Source: an uncultured Gammaproteobacteria bacterium (lineage in GTDB: Bacteria > Pseudomonadota > Gammaproteobacteria > GCA-001735895). From it: 64,000 bases of DNA. Of this stretch, positions 52,941 to 63,549 are shown one piece after another. The position numbers and the translations under genes are program-made. The notes below the pieces were generated by a model. The model was not told the DNA's origin and did no database searches. It saw only the letters and a list, made by a program, of their open reading frames with translations. Where the stretch lies: positions 72,197 to 136,196 of the forward strand of contig CAJXUC010000001.1 of NCBI GenBank assembly GCA_913061315.1, in the 5' to 3' direction. The stretch's first letter is position 1; each line of letters starts with the position of its first letter.

Positions 52941-53954
52941 TTAGATGTATCCGGGTAGGTTGAATACGTCTGGATAGCCGCATAATGAAACACTGCCGCC
53001 CGTGTGTAAGAAAACAACATTCTCACCCTTTTTGAAGTGACCTTTTCGGATCAGGTCGACTAGCCCTGAGAAGCCTTTGCCAGAATAAACAGGATCAAGC
53101 AAAATACCTTCATATTGAGCCATTAACTTAACCGCCTCAACCATTGCTTCTGTTGGCAAACCATAGCCATCACCCACATAATCGCTGTTGGCCACAACAC
53201 GCTCACGTTTTACAACGTCTGGATCCATACCCATGAAGTCAGCCGTTCGCTGCGCTAGGCTAAATACCATTTCTTCCTGCTTCTGTTTTGGGGCACGAAC
53301 ACCCACGCCATAAACAGGAATGCCTGAGTTCATGCCTTCCATTCCCAGTACAAGACCAGCTTGTGTGCCTGAACTGCCGGTAGCATGCACTAGGTGATCA
53401 ATTTGTAATGAACGATCATTAGCCTGAGTAATTAACTCAACTGCTGCATTAACGTAACCAAGTGCGCCAATCTCGTTAGAGCCACCACCGGGAATAATGT
53501 ATGGGTTACGGCCATCGTCACGAAGTTTCTGTGCGATGACTTCCATCTCTGCGTTCATGTCGGTATTAGCGGCGCGTTTAGCGATTGTTGCACCATGTAA
53601 TTGGTTGAACAAAACATTGCCGTTGAGAACATAAGCATCATCTTCATAGCCGGTTCTATCTTCTAACAAAATATGGCATTCAAGCCCCATTTTAGCGGCT
53701 ATCGCAGTCGTTTGACGTGCATGGTTTGATTGTGTGGCACCCTGTGTAATGATCACATCCGCCTTCTTTAGTTGAGCGTCAGCCATTAAGAACTCAAGCT
53801 TACGAGTTTTGTTACCACCAGATGATAGGCCGGTACAATCATCGCGTTTAATCCATAAATTTGGGCCACCCAATGCTTCTGATAAGCGTGGCATTGGTTC
53901 GAGTGCAGTTGGTAGATGGGCGAAATGTAAGCGAGGAAATTTTGAAAGATGCAT
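52941..53954 (-). CDS. cuyA: L-cysteate sulfo-lyase / D-cysteine desulfhydrase family PLP enzyme
   Basis: MHLSKFPR...[45 protein letters not shown] and GVRAPK.KQE closely match Ruegeria CuyA as recalled; divergent LysR. Confidence 0.75.
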   Translation of the reverse strand: MHLSKFPRLHFAHLPTALEPMPRLSEALGGPNLWIKRDDCTGLSSGGNKTRKLEFLMADAQLKKADVIITQGATQSNHARQTTAIAAKMGLECHILLEDRTGYEDDAYVLNGNVLFNQLHGATIAKRAANTDMNAEMEVIAQKLRDDGRNPYIIPGGGSNEIGALGYVNAAVELITQANDRSLQIDHLVHATGSSGTQAGLVLGMEGMNSGIPVYGVGVRAPKQKQEEMVFSLAQRTADFMGMDPDVVKRERVVANSDYVGDGYGLPTEAMVEAVKLMAQYEGILLDPVYSGKGFSGLVDLIRKGHFKKGENVVFLHTGGSVSLCGYPDVFNLPGYI

Positions 53955-54080
53955 TTTAGTCTCCAAAGTTAATTTAATGCATAGTTACACAAATAAAAAC
54001 GAAGAAACAATGCTTATTTCTTTGCTTAAAGTTATTATTTGTTATATTAGGTTTTGAGACTATTAACAATAGTAATCATT

Positions 54081-54977
54081 ATGGATCTTAAAGGTTTAGA
54101 AGATTTACTTGCACTATTAGAAGAGCAATCCTTCACCCGTGCAGCGAAGCGAAGACACGTCACTCAGCCTGCTTTTTCACGGCGGATACGCCTACTCGAA
54201 GATTGGTTAGGCGTGGATATTGTTGATAGACGAACCAAGCCTGTTAGTATTTTGCCTGCTGGAAGAGAGTTAGAAGAGGGTTTTAGGGACTTAATCACAC
54301 GCTTATATGCATTGCGTAGCCGTATACAGGCAAAATCTAAAAATCAGGATAGAATCAGTTTTGTTGCTCAGCACACGTTAGCAATGTCTAGGTTTCCACG
54401 GCTCATTAAAGCGATCAAAAGACAATTGCCTGATACCGCCTATCGAGTGACACCGGTGAATAATCATGAGTGTGAATCGCAATTTAGGAAAGAAGGTCAA
54501 TTTTTACTCTGTTATGAGGCATCGCACTTTGAGTTTGATTTCACCTATTCTTCAGTAAAGAGAATTTTTCTCAATAAGGAATCACTTATTCCGGTTATCA
54601 GTCGTGATGCCTTGCATCAGTTCAACAATATTCAGTCATTGCTGACAGGTAATATTCCGATGTTAATGTATCAGGAAGGTGGATTTATGGCCGATGTAAT
54701 TGCTAGAACCTGTTTACCTCAAGTCATGCGGGACTATAAAATAGATGTTATCTGTGAATCTGCTTTTTCAGCCAGCTTAAAAGAAATGGCCTTGGCAGAT
54801 ATGGGTGTTGCCTGGTTAGCTGAAGGAATTATTGAAAAAGAGCTTAGTACTGGCACATTAATATCGCTCGACAGTTACTTTGGCAGCACTGAGCTTGATA
54901 TTGTTTTGTATTATAGAGAAGACAATCAATCCGAACAGGCTAAGCGTGTTTTCGAATACTTGCATTCAGAGTTTTAA
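54081..54977 (+). CDS. LysR-family regulator (CuyR-like by context)
   Basis: SFTRAAKRRHVTQPAFSRRI HTH; divergent from cuyA. Confidence 0.9.
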   Translation: MDLKGLEDLLALLEEQSFTRAAKRRHVTQPAFSRRIRLLEDWLGVDIVDRRTKPVSILPAGRELEEGFRDLITRLYALRSRIQAKSKNQDRISFVAQHTLAMSRFPRLIKAIKRQLPDTAYRVTPVNNHECESQFRKEGQFLLCYEASHFEFDFTYSSVKRIFLNKESLIPVISRDALHQFNNIQSLLTGNIPMLMYQEGGFMADVIARTCLPQVMRDYKIDVICESAFSASLKEMALADMGVAWLAEGIIEKELSTGTLISLDSYFGSTELDIVLYYREDNQSEQAKRVFEYLHSEF

Positions 54978-55167
54978 ACGGAAATTAGTTTGTTCAGAGA
55001 AAGAGCCTTAATGGGGTATCAAAGCATGCCATATTGGATTGATTTATTTAGCCCTAGATTTTTATAAGAGAACTTTATTTTATTAGAATGTAGGGATAGC
55101 TAAAGAGGCACTTCATAAACCATTGTAAGACTTAATATTGAATCAGGATTAATCTAAAAGTAACTGA

Positions 55168-55650
55168 ATGAAGATTAGAACCGCCAACACAAATGATTTT
55201 AATCAAATCTGGCCTATATTTCACGAAATAGTAAAGGCGGGTGATACTTATGCTCTTTCTCCTGAAACAAGCCAACTTGAGGCGAAGGAAATCTGGTTAG
55301 AACAGCCAAGGAAAACTTTCATAGTAGAAGAAAAGGGCAAAGTATTGGGCACCTATATCATTAAGACTAATCAAGCTGGCCCGGGAGAGCATGTCTGTAA
55401 TTGTGCATATATGGTGTCATCAATAGCCCGAGGCCAGGGGCTTGCAACAATGATGTGCGAACATTCACAGGTAATCGCACGTGGTATGGGTTACAAAGGC
55501 ATGCAATTCAACTTTGTTGCCGGTAACAATATAATTGCCATTAAGCTTTGGCAAAAGCTCGGTTTTGACACAGTTGGAAATTTACCTAAAGCTTTTAATC
55601 ATCCCAAGGTAGGGTTCATCGATGCACTCGTGATGTACAAATGGCTCTGA
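55168..55650 (+). CDS. GNAT N-acetyltransferase
   Basis: GDTY, NQAGPG.HVCN, ARGQG and MQFNFV..N..A..LWQKLGF motifs. Confidence 0.9.
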   Translation: MKIRTANTNDFNQIWPIFHEIVKAGDTYALSPETSQLEAKEIWLEQPRKTFIVEEKGKVLGTYIIKTNQAGPGEHVCNCAYMVSSIARGQGLATMMCEHSQVIARGMGYKGMQFNFVAGNNIIAIKLWQKLGFDTVGNLPKAFNHPKVGFIDALVMYKWL

Positions 55651-58004
55651 CCGCTAGTTTTCTGTTGACAAGACAGTGGCGTGATACACCAACAGGAATT
55701 TGTCTCGACTTTTGGTTGGTGAGCAAAAAAGGGCCGATTCATGTTTCTATTCCGAATCAAAAAGCTATTTTTTTCATCCGCACCACAGACTGTGACCAAG
55801 TAGCGACAGCCCTGAAACGTATAGGTTCTATGGTAATCAAGCCGTTAGATTTAAAATCATTCCGTTTTGAATCGATGAGTGGTGTTTACTTTGATTCACA
55901 ACAAAAACTGTATCAAGCACGTGAGCTGCTGAAACATCAAAACATACCTTGTTATGAGTCAGATATTCGACCAGCAGATCGTTATTTGATGGAGCGCTTT
56001 ATAACAGCACCTGTGTCGATTGAATTTGACGATTATCAAAATCTAATCGAACCGGCTCGACTCAAGCCGACTAGTTACACACCAACGTTTGAGGTGATGT
56101 CATTTGATATTGAAACAGATTACGCCACAAACGAATTATTCTCGATTGCTTTTGCTTCCAATGATTGCCAAAAAGTTTTAATGATTGGTAATCATAAAAA
56201 TACTAGTCTAATTGAATATGTCAACGATGAAAGAATGCTTCTGAGGCGTTGGATCGAGACTGTGATTGATATAGATCCAGATATATTTATCGGTTGGAAT
56301 GTTGTCAATTTTGATTTAAAAGTGTTACAGGAAAGGTCTAAAAAGTTAGGTGTTCCATTGCGAATAGGTCGTGGTAAAACGATAGCGCATTGGCGTAAAG
56401 CTCAGACAGAAACTGACCATTACTTCATATCAATTCCTGGAAGAGTCGTGCTATGTGGTATAGATACCCTGAAAAGTGCCACTTATAACTTCCCAAGCTT
56501 CTCACTCGAAGTGGTTGGACAGACATTACTGGGTCGGGGTAAATTAATTCATGACAGTCAGTCGTTGCATGACCCATTATTTAAAGCAAAGGAAATTCAA
56601 CGTCAGTTCCATGAAGACAAGCCAAAACTAGCCGCTTATAACTTAGAAGATTGCCAGCTGGTACGCGACATTTTTGACAAGGCTGATCTAATCAATTTTA
56701 CGATCGAACGGGCACGACTTACAGGGCTTGAGATGGACAAAGTGGGTGGTTCGGTCGCTGCATTTGATAATCTCTATTTACCAAGACTGCATCGCAAAGG
56801 ATTTGTTGCGCCTAATATTGGTGACTACCAAGGCAAGCTTAGCGCGCCTGGGGGTTATGTAATGGACTCAAAGCCAGGCATGCATCAAAGTGTCCTAGTA
56901 CTCGACTACAAAAGTCTTTACCCTAGTATTATTCGTACATTTAAAGTTGATCCCTATGCACGAATTGTGGCTAAAAAAATGGAGCCAAACGATGTTATCG
57001 ACGGATTTGATGGTGCTAGCTTTAGTAAGGAGGACAATATACTGCCTGACATTATAGCCACACTCTGGCAGGCTCGTGATGTCGCTAAGCAAGGTAACAA
57101 CCCCGCCTTATCCCAGGCGATTAAAATTATTATGAATTCGTTTTATGGTGTTCTGGGAACGCCAGGCTGTCGGGTGCACGATTCTCGTTTAACGAGTTCG
57201 ATTACTAAACGGAGTCATGCCATCATTTTGCAAACAGTCAAAATAATTGAAGCTGAAGGCTATGAAGTAATTTATGGCGATACAGATTCAGTTTTTGTTT
57301 CATTACAAAAAGCTTGTGACAACCAACAGGCAAAAGAAATTGGCGATCAGCTGACGAAGCTAGTTAATCAATACTGGGAACTGATATTAGAGCAGGATTA
57401 TGGCTTACCTTCATATTTAGAAATGGAATTTGAAACCCATTTTAAACAGTTCTTTATGCCGACAGTCAGAGGGTCTGATCAAGGCAGTAAAAAACGATAT
57501 GCAGGATTAATTGAGGATGATCAGGGTAATAGGGTCATACACTATAAGGGGCTAGAAACAGTTCGTACTGATTGGACTGAACTCGCCAAGGTTTTCCAGC
57601 AAAAGTTATATCAATTAGTTTTTGATGGAGAGGCGTACGAAGCCTATATTTTGTTAACGATTAGATTGTTACTGAAGGGGAAATATGACAACCAACTGAA
57701 ATATCGAAAGCGTCTACGAAAGCCATTAGAAAATTATATAAAGAATATTCCACCTCATGCTCAAGCTGCAATCAAAGCTGAGTTATTATTTAAAAAAATG
57801 AATCAACCTTCACGCTATCGAAATAAAATATGGATAGAATATGTGATCACGCTAAGCGGGGCTGAGACTTTGGAATGTCAGAAGTCAAAACTTGATTATG
57901 AACATTACATCGAAAGGCAATTGACCCCCATCGCCGACACAATTTTGACTGCTGTAAATAGTTCTATGGAGGCGGTTACCGGACAACAGCAAAATTTATT
58001 TTGA
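55641..58004 (+). CDS. polB: DNA polymerase II (family B)
   Basis: FLLTRQWRDT, SFDIET, DYKSLYPSII, KIIMNSFYG, YGDTDS and KKRYAG motifs. Confidence 0.96.
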   Translation: MALTASFLLTRQWRDTPTGICLDFWLVSKKGPIHVSIPNQKAIFFIRTTDCDQVATALKRIGSMVIKPLDLKSFRFESMSGVYFDSQQKLYQARELLKHQNIPCYESDIRPADRYLMERFITAPVSIEFDDYQNLIEPARLKPTSYTPTFEVMSFDIETDYATNELFSIAFASNDCQKVLMIGNHKNTSLIEYVNDERMLLRRWIETVIDIDPDIFIGWNVVNFDLKVLQERSKKLGVPLRIGRGKTIAHWRKAQTETDHYFISIPGRVVLCGIDTLKSATYNFPSFSLEVVGQTLLGRGKLIHDSQSLHDPLFKAKEIQRQFHEDKPKLAAYNLEDCQLVRDIFDKADLINFTIERARLTGLEMDKVGGSVAAFDNLYLPRLHRKGFVAPNIGDYQGKLSAPGGYVMDSKPGMHQSVLVLDYKSLYPSIIRTFKVDPYARIVAKKMEPNDVIDGFDGASFSKEDNILPDIIATLWQARDVAKQGNNPALSQAIKIIMNSFYGVLGTPGCRVHDSRLTSSITKRSHAIILQTVKIIEAEGYEVIYGDTDSVFVSLQKACDNQQAKEIGDQLTKLVNQYWELILEQDYGLPSYLEMEFETHFKQFFMPTVRGSDQGSKKRYAGLIEDDQGNRVIHYKGLETVRTDWTELAKVFQQKLYQLVFDGEAYEAYILLTIRLLLKGKYDNQLKYRKRLRKPLENYIKNIPPHAQAAIKAELLFKKMNQPSRYRNKIWIEYVITLSGAETLECQKSKLDYEHYIERQLTPIADTILTAVNSSMEAVTGQQQNLF

Positions 58005-58038
58005 TTGCAGTAGGTTAAGTACGAACTACTGCAATCAA
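58001..58038. terminator. Perfect 13-bp inverted repeat between convergent polB and deaD
   Basis: TTGATTGCAGTAG-N12-CTACTGCAATCAA. Confidence 0.7.
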
Positions 58039-58041
58039 CGT

Positions 58042-60027
58042 TTAGTCACTTTGTTTTTTTAGGCCTAACTTTTTTAACGGTTCTTGGCCTGCTGAGTTGC
58101 TGTCACTAGTGCTTTTAACAATCTTCCTTTTTGGCTTTCCTTTGTCCTTCGTATCACGTTTTCTAATTTTTTCTCTTGGCTTATCTTCGACCTTTGGCGG
58201 TCTCTTGTCTCGCTTTTTACCGGTCGACTCTGGCTTACTATCATTCCCTTGGTTGCGATCTCTACCCTGACTTCTGTCTGAGCTTTGACCCCGATCTCTA
58301 TCTCTGCCTGAACCTGCATCCGCTCGCTGTGCAATATCTTCTTTGCTAGCCACAGAAATATCCAGAGGATAGGTACCAATACGGACACGCTTTAAACTTT
58401 CAAATAATTCATTAGGCATACCATCGGGCATGTCCACTAAGCTGTGTCCTTCAAATATCTTAATTCGACCTATATTTTTACTGTCGATATTGGCCTCATT
58501 GGCAATAGCACCAACAATATTACCGGGCATAATTTTATGTTCATGCCCAACTTCTAGGCGATAAGTCTTCATGCCTTCTTCTGGACCGGCATTGGCATCA
58601 CGCCGTGATGAGCGTTCCTTGCGTGGTGGGCGGTCATCTCTATTGCTAACGCGGCTACCACGGTCATCCCCTTTCTTCCAGTCATTATCGGCTTGGCGAT
58701 TGGGTTTATTTTGTAATAGGAAAGGTGTGTCACCTTGTAACATCTGCGCTAATGCACCTGCGATAGCTAAAGGTGTCGCGTCAGTTTCGATTTGATATTG
58801 CTCGACCATTTGATAAAACATTTTAGACTTATCGCTTGCGATGGCATCGGTAATACGCTGTTTGAATCTCTCAATCCGTTTATCATTAATAAGTTCAGTT
58901 GAGGGTAACTCCATCATTTCAATTTCTTTTCGAGTTGCCTTCTCAATAGCGCCTAGCAAACGTCTTTCGCGTGGTGCTACAAATAGAATTGCATCACCCT
59001 GACGTCCGGCCCGACCTGTTCGACCAATCCGGTGGATATAAGCTTCTGCGTCATAGGGGATATCATAGTTTATAACATGGCTAATTCGTTCCACATCAAG
59101 ACCGCGTGCGGCAACGTCCGTTGCAACTAAAATATCGAGCTTACCTTTTTTTAAGTTATCAATGGCACGTTCACGCTGATTTTGGGGAATGTCACCATTC
59201 AGTGGCGTTGAGGCATAACCTCGAGCTTCTAACTTTTCAGACAATTCAACCGTGGCTGTTTTTGTCCTTACGAAGACAATCATAGCGTCAAACTTTTCAG
59301 CTTCGAGTATTCGTGTCAGAGCATCGAGTTTGTGAATGCCGCTAACAGGCCAAAAACGTTGGCGAATAGTGTCCGCTGTAGCCGTCTTTAACTTAATCGT
59401 TACTTCAACAGGATTGTTAAGGTGGCTAGCTGCAATTCGTCGTATTTGGGTGGGCATGGTGGCAGAGAATAAAGCGATTTGACGAGTGTCGGGTGTTTGC
59501 TCCAGTACCCATTCGACATCATCGATAAATCCCATGCGGAGCATTTCGTCTGCTTCGTCTAGTACCAATACCTTAAGATTATTTAATTTGAGGTTTCCTC
59601 GACGCATATGGTCCATGACGCGACCCGGTGTGCCAACAACAACGTGAACGCCACGCTCAAGTGCTCGGATTTGGGTGCGAAATTCTTGCCCACCATAAAC
59701 CGGCAAAACATGGAATCCCTTCATATGCTTGGCATATTTCTGAAATGCTTCAGCAACTTGCAAAGCAAGTTCGCGAGTAGGTGCCAAAACTAATACTTGA
59801 GGATCTTTTTGTTTAAGATCAAGATTAGTCAGTATAGGCAGTGCAAAAGCTGCGGTCTTGCCGGTACCTGTTTGCGCTTGACCGACCACATCTCGTCCTT
59901 CGAGTAACAATGGTATGGTTTGTGCTTGAATTGGAGATGGAGTTTCATATCCAACTTCGTCGAGTATTTTAAAAATAGGTTGAGAAAGCGCCAGTTGATC
60001 GAACGCAGTTACCGAATCGGTGGTCAT
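58042..60027 (-). CDS. deaD: DEAD-box RNA helicase DeaD/CsdA
   Basis: AQTGTGKT, PTRELA, DEAD, SAT, HRIGRTGRAG and a DbpA-type RBD (PGNIVGAIANE). Confidence 0.93.
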   Translation of the reverse strand: MTTDSVTAFDQLALSQPIFKILDEVGYETPSPIQAQTIPLLLEGRDVVGQAQTGTGKTAAFALPILTNLDLKQKDPQVLVLAPTRELALQVAEAFQKYAKHMKGFHVLPVYGGQEFRTQIRALERGVHVVVGTPGRVMDHMRRGNLKLNNLKVLVLDEADEMLRMGFIDDVEWVLEQTPDTRQIALFSATMPTQIRRIAASHLNNPVEVTIKLKTATADTIRQRFWPVSGIHKLDALTRILEAEKFDAMIVFVRTKTATVELSEKLEARGYASTPLNGDIPQNQRERAIDNLKKGKLDILVATDVAARGLDVERISHVINYDIPYDAEAYIHRIGRTGRAGRQGDAILFVAPRERRLLGAIEKATRKEIEMMELPSTELINDKRIERFKQRITDAIASDKSKMFYQMVEQYQIETDATPLAIAGALAQMLQGDTPFLLQNKPNRQADNDWKKGDDRGSRVSNRDDRPPRKERSSRRDANAGPEEGMKTYRLEVGHEHKIMPGNIVGAIANEANIDSKNIGRIKIFEGHSLVDMPDGMPNELFESLKRVRIGTYPLDISVASKEDIAQRADAGSGRDRDRGQSSDRSQGRDRNQGNDSKPESTGKKRDKRPPKVEDKPREKIRKRDTKDKGKPKRKIVKSTSDSNSAGQEPLKKLGLKKQSD

Positions 60028-60270
60028 GAGTAGAGCCTGAGAAAATATAGAATGCCTGAACGCGTAAGCTTGATGGGCAAAGGCCAGAAGGGGGTCGCAT
60101 ATTACAGGCTTTAATGGACGTTTGCACCATAAATCATTGCTCTAATCAATTACTTATTGGCTTAATTGCCATAATTCGCATCAAAAATAGAAATATCGAC
60201 CGAAACTATCTCTTTTGTAATCAGTCCACAAAGCGTAATTAAACTTTGCGTTTTAACCAGCACTCTTATT

Positions 60271-61131
60271 TTGGTCCTAACTATGCTTCATTTTAAAGCC
60301 GGCTCTTCACTTATAATCGCGCTATTGGTTTTGTTTTTTTCGAGTCTGGTATCGGCAGCACCCGCATCTGAGTTGTGGGGCAAATGGGCATCGTATGATA
60401 TTAACTCAAACCTAACTATCGACCATAGCGAATGGAATGACTTAACTCATCGATTTGTTACGCCTTCCAAAGATGGTATCAATCGATTGGCCTATTCAAA
60501 GTTTCAACAGGGTGAAAAAAAACAGTTGCAAGCCTATATTTTGAGCTTATCGAAAACCCCAATCAGACAATATAATCGAGACGAACAAAAGTCATATTGG
60601 ATCAATTTATACAACGCCGTCACGATCAACTTAATACTGGACAACTATCCCATTGCAAGCATTAGGGAAATTGAATCAGGGTTCTTTAGTTTTGGCCCTT
60701 GGGATAAAGAACTCATTATGGTTGAAGGTGAAAAAATAAGCTTGAATGATATTGAACATCGAATATTACGGCCTATTTGGAAAGATCCTCGAATTCACTA
60801 CGCCGTCAACTGTGCTTCAATCGGATGTCCAAACCTACAATCAAAAGCATTTACGGCAGAGAATGCTGAAGCATTGTTAAATTTAGCGGCGGTTGAGTTC
60901 ATTAATCACGCTCGTGCGGTCAAAGTAAAAAACAACAAACTCCGAGTATCTAGTATTTATAACTGGTACAAAGTTGATTTTGGCGGTACTGATGTAAGCA
61001 TCATCAATCATCTGCGCCAATATGCCAAACCTGAACTTGCCGAGCAACTCAGTAATATAGGGTCGATTGATAATGATGATCATTACAACTGGAGTATTAA
61101 CAGCCTGAGCTCAGAGAAACTCTTCAACTGA
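60271..61131 (+). CDS. DUF547 exported protein
   Basis: Signal peptide; YWINLYNA, SLNDIEH.ILR and DPRIHYAVNCASIGCP. Confidence 0.9.
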   Translation: MVLTMLHFKAGSSLIIALLVLFFSSLVSAAPASELWGKWASYDINSNLTIDHSEWNDLTHRFVTPSKDGINRLAYSKFQQGEKKQLQAYILSLSKTPIRQYNRDEQKSYWINLYNAVTINLILDNYPIASIREIESGFFSFGPWDKELIMVEGEKISLNDIEHRILRPIWKDPRIHYAVNCASIGCPNLQSKAFTAENAEALLNLAAVEFINHARAVKVKNNKLRVSSIYNWYKVDFGGTDVSIINHLRQYAKPELAEQLSNIGSIDNDDHYNWSINSLSSEKLFN

Positions 61132-61180
61132 CCCAGCAGGACTGATACTATTTAATTATTATTTCTCTGGACGCCTAGAC

Positions 61181-62245
61181 ATGTCTGTTCGTTACTCTCA
61201 TAGCTCACTGATACAGTTTTCTACAGAATTATTTACTGCGGTTGGTTTGTCTCTCGAGCGGGCAAGTGTTCTGGCAACTGTTTTTGTTGAAGCTGATTTA
61301 CTTGGTTTTACAACTCACGGTATGAACCGAATATCGAGTAACCTCGACTGGTTGTCAAGGGGTGAAACGCGCATTAATGGTGAGTCTAAAGTAATAGTTG
61401 ACCGGGGCAACGTGTTTAATTGGGACGCTAATTTTTTGCCCGGTCCCTGGGTAATGTCACAAGCAATTGATGAATGCATCGAACGGGTTGCAACACGTGG
61501 TATCGTCACTGCCACAATACGTAAAAGCCAGCACATTGCTTGCCTCGGGGCTTATTGCCCAAAAATTGTTGAGGCTGGGTATGTTGCATTGATTACTTGC
61601 TCAACACCTAACGAGCATTCTGTGTGTGCACATGGTGGTATTGACCCTATATTTTCAGCCAACCCGATTGCTTTTGTAGCCCCTGCCGATGACTATCCTA
61701 TTTTGTTCGACATCAGTATGTGTATTACTGCTGGTGGCTATGTAAGCCGTGCACAACGTGCAGGTGAAAAAATGGCAGGTAAATACCTCAAGGATAATAA
61801 AGGCGTAGTAACAGATGATCCCGCTACATTTTTTTCTGATCCACCGGGTAGTATTCTTCCCATCGGTGGCATATCACATGGTTACAAAGGCTATGCGTTA
61901 TCCATGTTAACAGAATTGCTAAGCATGGCCTTAGGTGGGTATGGCCGTGCAGATGACAGTAGTGATGACGGTGAAGCTAACTCTGTATTCATACAAATAA
62001 TAGATCCACAAGCTTTTGGCTCATTAGAGGATTTCAAAAAACAAACTAACGCAATTAAATCGCTTTGTGAAAATAGCCGAAGTCAGGATGGGGAGTCATC
62101 AGTTCGAGTACCAGGACAACGGGCCTGGCACTATAGAAAGCAGCAACTTAAAGATGGGATTGAACTCTATCCGACCATTATGCAAGACCTTGCAATTTGG
62201 GCTGACAAGCTCAGTGTAAAACTCCCCACTCCAGCAGTATCTTGA
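61181..62245 (+). CDS. Ldh_2 family oxidoreductase (second paralog)
   Basis: ADLLG.TTHG, HIACL, ANPIA, YKGYALS and VRVPG motifs. Confidence 0.88.
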   Translation: MSVRYSHSSLIQFSTELFTAVGLSLERASVLATVFVEADLLGFTTHGMNRISSNLDWLSRGETRINGESKVIVDRGNVFNWDANFLPGPWVMSQAIDECIERVATRGIVTATIRKSQHIACLGAYCPKIVEAGYVALITCSTPNEHSVCAHGGIDPIFSANPIAFVAPADDYPILFDISMCITAGGYVSRAQRAGEKMAGKYLKDNKGVVTDDPATFFSDPPGSILPIGGISHGYKGYALSMLTELLSMALGGYGRADDSSDDGEANSVFIQIIDPQAFGSLEDFKKQTNAIKSLCENSRSQDGESSVRVPGQRAWHYRKQQLKDGIELYPTIMQDLAIWADKLSVKLPTPAVS

Positions 62246-62366
62246 TGGAGTCATACTTGATTCTAATTACTTGACTAACGCATAAATTGCTATCTAGGTC
62301 ATAAAGGTTGTTGAGCATTTAATTTTTTAAGGTCGCTATTCGATTATGACTCCTGATTGATAAGCA

Positions 62367-63299
62367 CTAACGTAGAAAAATTAGCCAGAGGCTTAAGGTC
62401 AGAACTGACAGGGTTGTGGCTAGAATGACAGAGCTTGCAGCAATAGCTTCCCCGCGCTTGTACATAGTGGTAAATAAATACGCATTTAAACCTGGGGCCA
62501 TCGCCGCCATTAGTACAATTGAACGTATGACGTCCTCTGTAAGCTCGAACCACCAACAGACCAATAGCGAAATAATCGGATGTACTATTAGAGTCAAGGC
62601 GGCAATGACAGAAGCTTCCCAGCTGGTCTTTTTCACAGAATATCGGGTTAGTACTCCACCTAAGCCAAAAAGAGCAACAGGAATGGCTGAACGAGCCAAC
62701 AATTCAATTGATGCATAAACGGGTTCAGGCACTTGAAATCCACTGATATTAACCAACAACCCGAGACCTATTCCGATCATTAAACTGTTCTTAAACATTG
62801 CTCGAACCACAACAACAGCGGTATCACGTCCATTCCTGCCATCAGCACGGGTAAACTCCATAACAGTAATGCCAATGAAGTAACAAATTGGGGCGTTAAC
62901 AGCAAGCAATGCAAAATTGGGTGCCATAAATTCAAGACCCCAGGCACGCTCAGAAATTGGCAAGCCAAGCATCACCAAGTTAGAGAAAAGAGCCGCAAAA
63001 GCGATTCCAACTGACTCACCGGGTCTTTTTTTGAATCCAAACTGAAAAATAAGCATTGCGATAATAAAACAACTGACTGCACCGCTGTAATAGGCAATTA
63101 AAGGTCGCCATTCAAAAGCAGCATTTAAATCTAACGAATAGGTTGCCCGGAATAACAGGCATGGGATTGCAATTAATACGCCAAAACGCATTAATCCATC
63201 AATTACCGGTCCGGTTATTAATCCCATTTTTACAAATGCATAGCCAACAACGACCAGCACAAAAACGGGAATAATAATATTAAATATCTCAAAAAACAC
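62367..63299 (-). CDS. AEC (auxin efflux carrier/MdcF-like) transporter
   Basis: IIIPVF, PCLLF, FSN..MLGLPI, PVALFGLG and MAAMAPG.N motifs. Confidence 0.88.
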   Translation of the reverse strand: MFFEIFNIIIPVFVLVVVGYAFVKMGLITGPVIDGLMRFGVLIAIPCLLFRATYSLDLNAAFEWRPLIAYYSGAVSCFIIAMLIFQFGFKKRPGESVGIAFAALFSNLVMLGLPISERAWGLEFMAPNFALLAVNAPICYFIGITVMEFTRADGRNGRDTAVVVVRAMFKNSLMIGIGLGLLVNISGFQVPEPVYASIELLARSAIPVALFGLGGVLTRYSVKKTSWEASVIAALTLIVHPIISLLVCWWFELTEDVIRSIVLMAAMAPGLNAYLFTTMYKRGEAIAASSVILATTLSVLTLSLWLIFLR

Positions 63300-63549
63300 G
63301 GTAGTTTTAGCTGCTCCTTTTGGAAAAAGCGTGGAATAAAGTTTTTAAGTTTTTTGCTAGTTATCTAATTTAGCCGTTTAGAAGGGGTGGTCCAGCAGGT
63401 CATTAAGGCCAATATTTATAATGCTAGCGAAGGTATATAGAGAGAAGGAGGTTACTATAAATTGATACCTCAAGTAATCAAAATTTACTAACCATTGTCT
63501 TATTTGACAACTGCCTATGAACAATGGAAACCGAGAAAAACCAATAACA

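Noticed and set aside
54980-55170. LexA box upstream of GNAT-polB
   Set aside because: No CTGT-N8-ACAG match seen.
58042-58330. Repetitive R/D/K-rich tail of DeaD and an overlapping 104-aa ORF
   Set aside because: Charged disordered tails are normal for DeaD, and the overlapping ORF is a by-product.
676-62968. Many 60-126 aa ORFs antisense to or out of frame within long genes
   Set aside because: They are shadow ORFs of well-supported genes, with no motifs or SD sequences.
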